Shown here: positions 25,089-32,000 of the stretch, in pieces
Layout of the letters: every line of letters starts with the position of its first letter
Position numbering within the stretch: position 1 is the first letter of the stretch
From: Mycolicibacterium smegmatis
GTDB taxonomy: Bacteria; Actinomycetota; Actinomycetes; Mycobacteriales; Mycobacteriaceae
Assembly: GCF_001457595.1 (NCBI RefSeq)
Contig: NZ_LN831039.1
Coordinates: 4,050,001-4,082,000 of the forward strand
Length of the DNA: 32,000 nt
Direction: 5' to 3'
Notes under the pieces: model-generated
What the model saw: only the letters and a program-made list of their open reading frames with translations
Databases searched by the model: none
What the model was told of the DNA's origin: nothing
Program-made: the position numbers and the translations under genes

Positions 25089-26377
25089 CCGCGGTCCAGG
25101 GTAAGTGTGAGGAAATGGGTTGCGCATGAGATGCACGGATCATGGTTGCGAATGGCCCGCTCGCACAGTTGCGTCAGTTCTGCGTCGTCGCGATCCAGGT
25201 TCGCCGCGACCAGTACGGCGAGTTCGTGCTCGATGGCCGCCTGGTTCTGGGCGGTGGGTGGGATCAGCGTGGCGGTCCGGACCAGACCGTCGTGGCCGAT
25301 CTCATAACGGTGATAGAGCAGGCCGCGTGGCGCCTCGCTCACACCGTGCCCGACTCCGGCGCGGGCCGGTACCTCCACGAACGGTCGGGGCGGCTCCTGG
25401 TATTCGGCGATGATTCGCAGCGCTTCTTCGATCGCGAAGACCACCTCGACAGCACGTACGACGATGCTCCGGAACGGGTTTCGGCATTGTGCGCCGAGCC
25501 CGGCCGAGGTGGCGGCTTCACGCGCGGTCGGTGGCAGGTGGGCAGAGTTCAGTGAGTACCGGGCCAGCGGCCCGGTGAGGTAGCGCCCATCGTCCAAGGC
25601 AGCGTGCAGCGCGGTCGAGTGCGGCACTTGCGCCTCGCCGACGTGAGTGGTGAAGTCGGCGAGCGGAAATGACGGGCCGGCACTTCGGACGATCGCGCCG
25701 CTCTCGATCGGATAAGCGTCGGCGGTGCCGAGTGCCAGGAACTCGTGATCGAAAACGACATCGGGACAGTCGAGATCGGCGACTTCACGAACCGTGTACA
25801 GCGCGTCGTCGAGACTTTTGCGCAACAACGCGGCGAGAGATTTGAGGTCCCCTGGCTTCGGCGCCGAGTAGAACCCGCCGAGACGCACGTTGACCGGGTG
25901 GATGGCACGTCCACCGATCTGCTCCATGATCCTGTTCCCGGTCTTCTTCAGTGACAATCCGCGTTCGACCAACTCGGGATGCTCCCTCGCCAGGCTGATG
26001 CCGTCGGGATGCCCCAGGAAGTCCGGAAGGTGCAGCAGGAAGATGTGCAACGCGTGACTGTGGATCCACTCGCCGCAGTACAGCAACCGGCGCAGTTGCA
26101 CGATTTCCGGGTCCACCGTCACGCCGCAGGCATCTTCGATGGCATTGCACGCACTCACCTGGTACGCCACAGGGCAGATCCCGCAGACCCGCGCGGTCAG
26201 GTCGGGCGGTTCGGTATGAGCCCTTCCACGCAGGAACGCCTCGAAGAACCGCGGCGGCTCGTAGATGTTCAGCTGTGTCCCCACCACGGCGCCGTCGCGC
26301 AGCGTGACGTGCAGTGCGCCTTCACCTTCCACGCGGGCCAGGGCGCCGACCGACAACGTGCGTACCTCGGGGTTCAC
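25085..26377 (-). CDS. hyhL: [NiFe]-hydrogenase large (alpha) subunit, group 3b-like
   Basis: N-terminal [10 protein letters not shown] (RxCGxC) and C-terminal DPCISCATH followed by a short extension. GTG 26377 overlaps the small-subunit stop (GTGA). About 430 aa. Confidence 0.9.
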   Translation of the reverse strand: MNPEVRTLSVGALARVEGEGALHVTLRDGAVVGTQLNIYEPPRFFEAFLRGRAHTEPPDLTARVCGICPVAYQVSACNAIEDACGVTVDPEIVQLRRLLYCGEWIHSHALHIFLLHLPDFLGHPDGISLAREHPELVERGLSLKKTGNRIMEQIGGRAIHPVNVRLGGFYSAPKPGDLKSLAALLRKSLDDALYTVREVADLDCPDVVFDHEFLALGTADAYPIESGAIVRSAGPSFPLADFTTHVGEAQVPHSTALHAALDDGRYLTGPLARYSLNSAHLPPTAREAATSAGLGAQCRNPFRSIVVRAVEVVFAIEEALRIIAEYQEPPRPFVEVPARAGVGHGVSEAPRGLLYHRYEIGHDGLVRTATLIPPTAQNQAAIEHELAVLVAANLDRDDAELTQLCERAIRNHDPCISCATHFLTLTLDRG

Positions 26378-27132
26378 CGGTCGTTCCGCTCGGCATCGAA
26401 ACGTGTGACGTTGAACGTCGAGAACACCCTGTCGACCTCGCCGTCGGTCATCCCGTCGCGGCGCAACAACCGGATGAGTGCTGCGGAGTTCGGCGTGGCT
26501 GCCGGCCCGAAACATCCATAGCAGCCGCGATGACACGACGGGCACAGCGCACCGCACCCGGCGTGGGTGACGGGCCCCAGGCACGGTATGGATTCGGCCA
26601 CCAGAACACACGTGATACCACGAAGCTTGCATTCGGCGCACACGGTCTTGGCCGGTAGCCGGGGTTTGCGTCCGATGAGGAGGGCTGCGAGTGTGTCCAG
26701 CAACTGGCCGCGGTCGATCGGACACCCTTGCAGTTGGTAGTCGACGCGCACATGCGCAGCGGGCGGTGTCGAGGTCGCGAGCGTCTCGATGTAGCCGGGT
26801 TGCGCGTAGACCACCGACAGGTACTCGTCGATGTCAGACATGTTGCGCAGCGCCTGGATTCCCCCGGCTGTCGCGCAGGCCCCGATGGTCACCAGGATCT
26901 TCGACTGCTCACGGATCTCCCTGATCCGTCGTTCGTCGGCAGGCGTGGTGATCGAGCCCTCGACCAGGGAGATGTCGTAGGGCCCGCCGGTGAACGCACT
27001 GGACGCTTCGAGGAACGTGGCGATCCGGACCTCGCCGGCGAGGGTCAGCAGTTCGTCCTCGCAGTCGAGCAACGTCAACTGGCAACCGTCACAGGAGGCG
27101 AATTTCCATACCGCCAGGGATGGCACGCTCAT
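26374..27132 (-). CDS. hyhS: [NiFe]-hydrogenase small (delta) subunit, group 3-type
   Basis: [17 protein letters not shown] and the distal Cys clusters [11 protein letters not shown]...C...[16 protein letters not shown]. Its ATG abuts the upstream stop (TAGATG). Confidence 0.9.
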   Translation of the reverse strand: MSVPSLAVWKFASCDGCQLTLLDCEDELLTLAGEVRIATFLEASSAFTGGPYDISLVEGSITTPADERRIREIREQSKILVTIGACATAGGIQALRNMSDIDEYLSVVYAQPGYIETLATSTPPAAHVRVDYQLQGCPIDRGQLLDTLAALLIGRKPRLPAKTVCAECKLRGITCVLVAESIPCLGPVTHAGCGALCPSCHRGCYGCFGPAATPNSAALIRLLRRDGMTDGEVDRVFSTFNVTRFDAERNDR

Positions 27133-27978
27133 CTACAACTCCTTCACCGCGAGCAGGGGATCCGCCACGTCGTAGCCGACCACCGGACCGTCGCGACACA
27201 GCAGCAGTGGCCCCAGTTGACAGTGCCCACACCATCCGATGCCGCATTGCATGTTGCGCTCCAGGGACACGCGAATGTCACTGGCCCGCAAACCTTTCCC
27301 CATCAACACTTCAGCACTGGCGCGCATCATGGGTTCCGGGCCGCACAGGTACGCCGTTGTGCGCTCAGGCCGGACCGGCAACCGGCGCAACGGTTCGGTG
27401 ACGAATCCGACCTCGCCCGGCCAGCCCTGTACCGGTATGTCGACGGTCAGGTGCACATCGATCGACCCGCGAGAACTCCACTGCCGCAGTTCCGGGGTGA
27501 AGAGGAAATCGTCGCGCGAGCGGGCACCGGCGATCACGGTCACTTGCCCGTACATGTGGCGACAGGCGAGCACATCGACGATGACCGGTCGCAGCGGCGC
27601 GAGGCCCACACCACCTGCGACGATCACCAGTTCCCGGCCTGTGGCCACTTCATGACCCCAGCCCGTCCCGAAAGGCCCACGCAAGCCGACGAGACTGCCG
27701 ACGGCAGCGTCCCGCAGCGCGGTGCTGACGGCTCCCACCGCGCGCACCGTGTGCGCGACGGTGGTCTCGGGTTCCGGCGAGATGCCGCTGACCGACACTG
27801 CGATCTCACCGATCCCGAAGGCGTACATCATCATGAACTCTCCGGGCCGCGGGGTCCTCAGCGCACCATTGACGGGGTCCAGGAAGAGCGTTGCCGAATC
27901 GCGGTTCTCGACGACGCGCTCGCGAACCCGGTACGGCACGGGTTCCATCGGCGCAGCGAGTTCAGCCGTCATGGTCAC
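27133..27978 (-). CDS. hyhG: Hydrogenase gamma subunit, FAD/NAD(P)-binding with C-terminal 2Fe-2S
   Basis: Ferredoxin-reductase-like fold ([27 protein letters not shown]) and C-terminal [12 protein letters not shown]. Alternative start at ATG 27972. Confidence 0.85.
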   Translation of the reverse strand: MTMTAELAAPMEPVPYRVRERVVENRDSATLFLDPVNGALRTPRPGEFMMMYAFGIGEIAVSVSGISPEPETTVAHTVRAVGAVSTALRDAAVGSLVGLRGPFGTGWGHEVATGRELVIVAGGVGLAPLRPVIVDVLACRHMYGQVTVIAGARSRDDFLFTPELRQWSSRGSIDVHLTVDIPVQGWPGEVGFVTEPLRRLPVRPERTTAYLCGPEPMMRASAEVLMGKGLRASDIRVSLERNMQCGIGWCGHCQLGPLLLCRDGPVVGYDVADPLLAVKEL

Positions 27979-29065
27979 CGGCCAGATCGGCGAGGGTGGC
28001 CATCTCTTCGGTGATGTCGATTCCGGTGGGGCACCAGGCGATACATCGCCCGCATCCCACGCATCCGGTGGTGCCGAACTGATCGTGCCACGTGCCGAGC
28101 TTGTGGGTGATCCAGTGCCGGTATCGCGACGGTGCGGACTGCCGGACAGTGCCCTCGTGGATGAACGTGAAGTCCATCTCGAAACAGGATGCCCAGTTCA
28201 TCCACCGCTCGGCATGCTCGCCGGTGAGATCGGTGACGTCCTCGACGCTCGTGCAGAAGCATGTCGGACACACCATCGTGCAGTTGCCGCACGTCAGGCA
28301 CTGGCTTGCTACCTCGTTCCAATGAGGTGACTCACGGGACTCGATCAGCAGTTCACGAAGGTCACCGTCGGGCATCGCGCGGCCCATGTGTTCGGCGGCG
28401 GCGGCGATCGCGGTTTCCGCGGAGTCGATCTCAGCCTGCACGGCCGCGCGATGTGGCAACGTGTCGAGAACCTCTTCCCCTTCGTCGCTGCCGGTCTCGA
28501 CGAGGTAGTGAGGGCCGTCACCGTCGAGGCGTTCCGTGAGGGCCAGGTCGTACCCCGGGCCGAGGTGTGGCCCGGTGCCCATGGACGCGCAGAAGCACAA
28601 TCCGCCCGGCTCGGTGCAATTGACCGCCACGATGAACGCGCGGCGCAGCCGCCCGACGAATCCGCGGTCGGCGTACTCCCCCTCCCCCAGCACGCCGTTG
28701 AGTTTGTTGATCGCGGCGAGATCACAGGCTCGCACACCGATGAACGCGTAACGGGGCGGCTCCGGTGCAGGCGCGCCGTCCGATGACCACAGCCGCTGCC
28801 GCGCCGGATGAAGGAATTGTTTCCAGGACTGCGGGCCCGCGGAGTGGCCGAACAGAGCGGTGTCGCCGCGGCGACGCAACCGGTACCGGCCCGGCCCCAC
28901 GTCGACGCCCCATCCGCGGGGAAGATCGGCGCCGGAAGTCAGTTCGGCGAGCACGATCGAGTTGTCGGCGCAGGTAGGGCCGATCACCCGGTAGCCGCGG
29001 TCGATCAGCGTGGCCACCAGTCGGTGGATCCCCGCGGTGTCGATCACCGCCCTGTTCACGGCCAT
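27962..29065 (-). CDS. hyhB: Hydrogenase beta subunit, 4Fe-4S dicluster protein
   Basis: CLTCGNCTMVCPTCFC and CVGCGRCIAWCP ferredoxin motifs. Start placed at ATG 29065 (MAVNRAVIDT), 5 nt after the hspX stop. Confidence 0.85.
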   Translation of the reverse strand: MAVNRAVIDTAGIHRLVATLIDRGYRVIGPTCADNSIVLAELTSGADLPRGWGVDVGPGRYRLRRRGDTALFGHSAGPQSWKQFLHPARQRLWSSDGAPAPEPPRYAFIGVRACDLAAINKLNGVLGEGEYADRGFVGRLRRAFIVAVNCTEPGGLCFCASMGTGPHLGPGYDLALTERLDGDGPHYLVETGSDEGEEVLDTLPHRAAVQAEIDSAETAIAAAAEHMGRAMPDGDLRELLIESRESPHWNEVASQCLTCGNCTMVCPTCFCTSVEDVTDLTGEHAERWMNWASCFEMDFTFIHEGTVRQSAPSRYRHWITHKLGTWHDQFGTTGCVGCGRCIAWCPTGIDITEEMATLADLAGDHDG

Positions 29066-29069
29066 GGCG

Positions 29070-29507
29070 TCACGGGCTGACGGTCTCCACCGCGACACGC
29101 TTCTCGGCGGCTGCCTCGGGTTCGGTCACCGGAACCGAGATCGTGAGGATGCCTTTGTCGTAACCGGCCTTGATCGCATCCTCATCAGCGCCGGGAGGCA
29201 GTGTCACCGAGCGCATGAACGATCCGTATGCGAACTCGGATCGCCCGTTGGTCTCCTTCTTCTCGGTGCGTTCGGCCTTGATGGTCAACACGCCGTCGCG
29301 AACCGTGATGTCGATGTCCTTGGCCGGGTCGATTCCCGGGACCTCGGCGCGCAGTTCGTAACCACCGTCTTTCATTTCGTCCTCGATCCGGATGATGTGG
29401 TCACCGAAAACCGGGCGGATCGAGGCCCACGACGGCAGACCCGCGAAGAAGTCGGACATCTCCGGAAAGAGCGAGCGTGCTCGTGATCGTTCAGGAAGTT
29501 TGGTCAT
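29070..29507 (-). CDS. hspX: Hsp20/alpha-crystallin small heat-shock protein
   Basis: Alpha-crystallin domain (IRIEDEMKDGGYELRAEVPGIDPAKDIDITVRDGVLTIKAER...FMRSVTLPPGADEDAIKAGYDKGILTISVP). Strong SD (GAGGAGGACCG before the ATG). Confidence 0.9.
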   Translation of the reverse strand: MTKLPERSRARSLFPEMSDFFAGLPSWASIRPVFGDHIIRIEDEMKDGGYELRAEVPGIDPAKDIDITVRDGVLTIKAERTEKKETNGRSEFAYGSFMRSVTLPPGADEDAIKAGYDKGILTISVPVTEPEAAAEKRVAVETVSP

Positions 29508-29572
29508 CGGTCCTCCTCACTCGTAGGAATCGTTTCCACGTCAGTGATCCGACCACCTGGCACGGGTGACGG

Positions 29573-29592
29573 GTAGGGACCGAAGTCCCGTC
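29573..29592. promoter_or_regulatory. DosR-type palindromic box
   Basis: gtaGGGACcgaaGTCCCgtc fits the GGGAC-N4-GTCCC core of the DosR consensus TTSGGGACTWWAGTCCCSAA. It is centred about 75 bp upstream of the hspX ATG. A weaker copy, cgaacTTTCgtccc, lies at 29597-29610. Confidence 0.6.
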
Positions 29593-29646
29593 ACCACGAA
29601 CTTTCGTCCCTGGTTTTCTGTCCCCGAAGTGACGAGATTTCGGGAT

Positions 29647-29742
29647 ATGTCCACCGCAGTAGCGAAACTCGTCGTCGGAGTCGCCGGGCTTTATGCCGCG
29701 CGGCGCTACTACCGGAACTGGGGAACGACCAAGGAGGAATGC
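29647..29742 (+). other. Short ORF or gene remnant resembling the N-terminus of SRPBCC-type membrane-anchored proteins
   Basis: MSTAVAKLVVGVAGLYAARRYYRNWGTTKEEC... The hydrophobic anchor plus RxWG(A/T)TxEE resembles the start of actinobacterial SRPBCC proteins (from memory). Downstream the frame has no recognisable continuation and merely runs into pps out of frame. Confidence 0.25.
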
Positions 29743-29887
29743 CGTTCCAGGCCGCAGCAGAATCCGCGGCGGATCTGCACAATTCGCGCGAAAGGGCACT
29801 TTGACGGTCCCGCAGGTGACCTAAGGCCTTCCGTCAACGGTCCTCGGACGCTATCGGCCGCACCGGGCCCGGGCGAGAGTGGACATC

Positions 29888-32000
29888 ATGTCCGACCGTT
29901 ATGTGCGAACCCTCGATATCCTGACGATCGCCGACGCCGAGGAAGCCGGCGGGAAGGGCGCGAACCTCGGCGAGCTTGTCGCCGCAGATCTCCCCGTGCC
30001 GCACGGTTTCGTGGTGATGCGCTCGGCGTACCTCGACTCGGTTCGCATGGGTGGTGTCGAAGCCGAATTGGCCGCATTGCACACCGAAGCGCTCACCCAC
30101 GCCGCCGACACCGCTCGACTCTCGGAACTGTGCCGCCGCATGCAGAGCCTGGTGAACAAGGCCGGGCTGAGCCCGAGCGTGCGGGACGCGACGCTGGCCG
30201 CGTACCGCGCGCTGGGTACCGATGTGGTTGTGGCCGTGCGGTCCTCGGCCACCGGTGAGGACGGCCGCGATGCGTCGTTCGCGGGGATGAACCGCACCAT
30301 CACCAACGTCATGGGCGAGGTGGCACTGCTCGACGCGGTCACCCAGTGCTGGATGTCGCTGTTCAGCCCGCGGGTCATCACCTACCGCGCCAGCCGCGGG
30401 TTCACCGCCGCCCCTGCGATGGCCGTGGTGGTGCAGCAGATGCTCTCGGCCGATCGAGCCGGCGTCGCGTTCACGAGCGACCCCAGCACGGGCGATGCCG
30501 ACCACATCGTCATCGAGGCGGCCTTCGGCCAGGGTGAGGTGGTGGTGTCCGGCAAGGTCGAACCCGACACGTACGTCATCGACAAGCGCACGCTTGAGGT
30601 CCGAGACGTCCGGATCGGTTTCAAGGCCATCAAGATCGTGCGTGGTGACGACGGTGCCGACTCGATGGTGCAACTCGAGCGGTCGCAGGCCGAGGCCCGA
30701 GTCCTCGACGACGACGCGTTGCGCAAGATCGCGACCCTGGCGGTCGCCACGGAGACACACAACGGCTGCCCACAGGACATCGAATGGGTGATCGCCGATG
30801 GCGCGGTGTGGCTCGTACAGGCCCGGCCGATCACCACTCTCGGCAGCGCCGGGTCCACGGCCGGCGACGAACCGAGCGTGCTGATCCGGGGTCTCCCCGC
30901 CGCGCCGGGTGTCGCGTCAGGACGTGTGCGCGTGTTGCTGGCTCCTGACGATGGGGACAAGCTGACCGACGGCGAGATCCTGGTCGCACCGACGACGAAT
31001 CCCGACTGGTTGCCGACGATCCGCCGAGCCGCGGCGCTGGTCACCGAGACCGGCGGCATGACCTGTCATGCCGCGATCGTCGCGCGAGAACTCGGTGTGC
31101 CATGTGTCGTCGGTGCCCGGTCGGCGACGGTGGCCCTTGCCGTCGGGTCGATGGTGACGGTGGACGGGACCCGCGGTGAGGTGACGACGGGGCGCCTCCC
31201 GGAAACGGTGCGCACCACCACGACGCCACAGGAGCCGGCTCCGCACATCACCGGTGAAGCCACCGGCACCAAGGTCTACGTGAATCTCGCGATGCCGGAT
31301 TCGGCCGAGGCGGTCGCCGCGCAGGACGTCGACGGGGTCGGTCTACTGCGTGCGGAGTTCATGCTGACCGAGGCCCTGGCGGGCCGGCATCCGCGGGACC
31401 TGATCACAAAGGGCGAGCAGGACACGTTGGTCGACGCCATGGCGGCCGCGGTCACCCGGATCGGCACGGCATTCGCACCGCGACCGGTGATCTATCGCGC
31501 AATGGACTTCCGCACCAACGAGTTCCGTGGGCTGGCCGGAGGTGAACAGTTCGAGCCCGTCGAACACAACCCGATGATCGGCTATCGGGGCTGTTACCGC
31601 TACATCAAAGAACCGGACCTCTTTGCGCTCGAACTCAGCGCGCTGGCCCGGGCCCGTGAGCACACGCCCAACATCCACCTGATGATTCCCTTCGTCCGCA
31701 CCCGGTGGGAGCTTGAGGAATGCCTCGCGCTGGTGGACGCGAGCCCGTTGAGGCGACACCGGAATCTACACCGGTGGGTGATGGCCGAGGTGCCGTCCGT
31801 GGTGCATTGGTTGCCCGAGTACGTCGGTATGGGCATCGACGGAGTGTCCATCGGCAGCAACGACCTCACACAGTTGATGCTCGGTGTCGATCGGGATTCC
31901 GAAACGTGCGCCGAGCTGTTCGACGAATCGGATGCCGCGGTGCTCGACGCGATCTCACGCATCATCTCGACGGCCAACCGGCTCGGGATCACATCGTCGC
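29888..32000 (+). CDS. ppsA: Phosphoenolpyruvate synthase / pyruvate,water dikinase family; 3' end runs off the window
   Basis: Frame open from ATG 29888 to the window end (hence not in the ORF track). ATP-grasp N-terminus (GGKGANLGEL, VAVRSSATGEDGRDASFAGM), phospho-His swivel motif GGMTCHAAIVARELGVPCVVG, and a PEP-utilising TIM-barrel C-terminal part (GLLRAEFM, IGSNDLTQL). Confidence 0.9.
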   Translation, partial: MSDRYVRTLDILTIADAEEAGGKGANLGELVAADLPVPHGFVVMRSAYLDSVRMGGVEAELAALHTEALTHAADTARLSELCRRMQSLVNKAGLSPSVRDATLAAYRALGTDVVVAVRSSATGEDGRDASFAGMNRTITNVMGEVALLDAVTQCWMSLFSPRVITYRASRGFTAAPAMAVVVQQMLSADRAGVAFTSDPSTGDADHIVIEAAFGQGEVVVSGKVEPDTYVIDKRTLEVRDVRIGFKAIKIVRGDDGADSMVQLERSQAEARVLDDDALRKIATLAVATETHNGCPQDIEWVIADGAVWLVQARPITTLGSAGSTAGDEPSVLIRGLPAAPGVASGRVRVLLAPDDGDKLTDGEILVAPTTNPDWLPTIRRAAALVTETGGMTCHAAIVARELGVPCVVGARSATVALAVGSMVTVDGTRGEVTTGRLPETVRTTTTPQEPAPHITGEATGTKVYVNLAMPDSAEAVAAQDVDGVGLLRAEFMLTEALAGRHPRDLITKGEQDTLVDAMAAAVTRIGTAFAPRPVIYRAMDFRTNEFRGLAGGEQFEPVEHNPMIGYRGCYRYIKEPDLFALELSALARAREHTPNIHLMIPFVRTRWELEECLALVDASPLRRHRNLHRWVMAEVPSVVHWLPEYVGMGIDGVSIGSNDLTQLMLGVDRDSETCAELFDESDAAVLDAISRIISTANRLGITSS

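Noticed and set aside
26728-28014. 428-aa plus-strand ORF opposite hyhS/hyhG. Similar cases: 19797-20855 (-), 23472-24443 (-) and 25979-26521 (+)
   Set aside because: All lie antisense or out of frame to genes with clear cofactor motifs, and their composition is Arg/Pro/Gly-dominated.
29639-29655. ttCGGGATATGTCCAcc as a third DosR box
   Set aside because: The half-sites are poor (GGGAT / CCACC with standard spacing). It also overlaps the ATG of the short ORF. It is too weak to call without a matrix score.
29794-29812. GGGCACTTTGACGGTCCC as a DosR-like palindrome upstream of pps
   Set aside because: The spacing between the GGG and CCC halves is 4 nt longer than in the consensus, and the inner bases do not pair.

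Overview
High-GC actinobacterial chromosome, Mycobacterium/Mycolicibacterium type. Gene order matches the mpa neighbourhood of M. tuberculosis (Rv2115c-Rv2119). It also matches the DosR-type hspX / group-3b hydrogenase / ctpF / pps cluster described for M. smegmatis. That placement is from memory, not from a search.

Left part (1-7.9 kb):
- partial ectA;
- a ~970 bp gap with no convincing coding sequence and two copies of a palindromic element;
- mpa, two MTB12/LppK-like exported proteins, a DUF503 protein and trmI;
- a translationally coupled RecB-like nuclease / thioesterase-like / DinB trio.

Middle part (7.8-17.9 kb) is accessory and partly decayed:
- an F420-type oxidoreductase with a frameshifted 3' end;
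- acyl-CoA dehydrogenase and SDR gene fragments;
- a serine hydrolase;
- a broken hypothetical gene;
- a RES-Xre toxin-antitoxin pair with an apparently leaderless promoter;
- divergent from the pair, a gap-free seven-cistron operon (12701-17051) of paralogous small proteins, each a TM hairpin plus a beta-rich module, and a convergent eighth relative (17048-17851).

I cannot assign this operon to any characterised system. It is my main candidate for something new.

Right part (18-32 kb):
- a LysR regulator divergent from an AMDase/maleate-isomerase-like gene and a MatC/DASS-like carrier;
- a DinB/DUF664 gene;
- a near gap-free minus-strand hspX-hyhBGSL-protease-ctpF string preceded by a DosR-type palindrome;
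- a partial PEP synthase gene.

No rRNA, tRNA, CRISPR array or IS element was seen.
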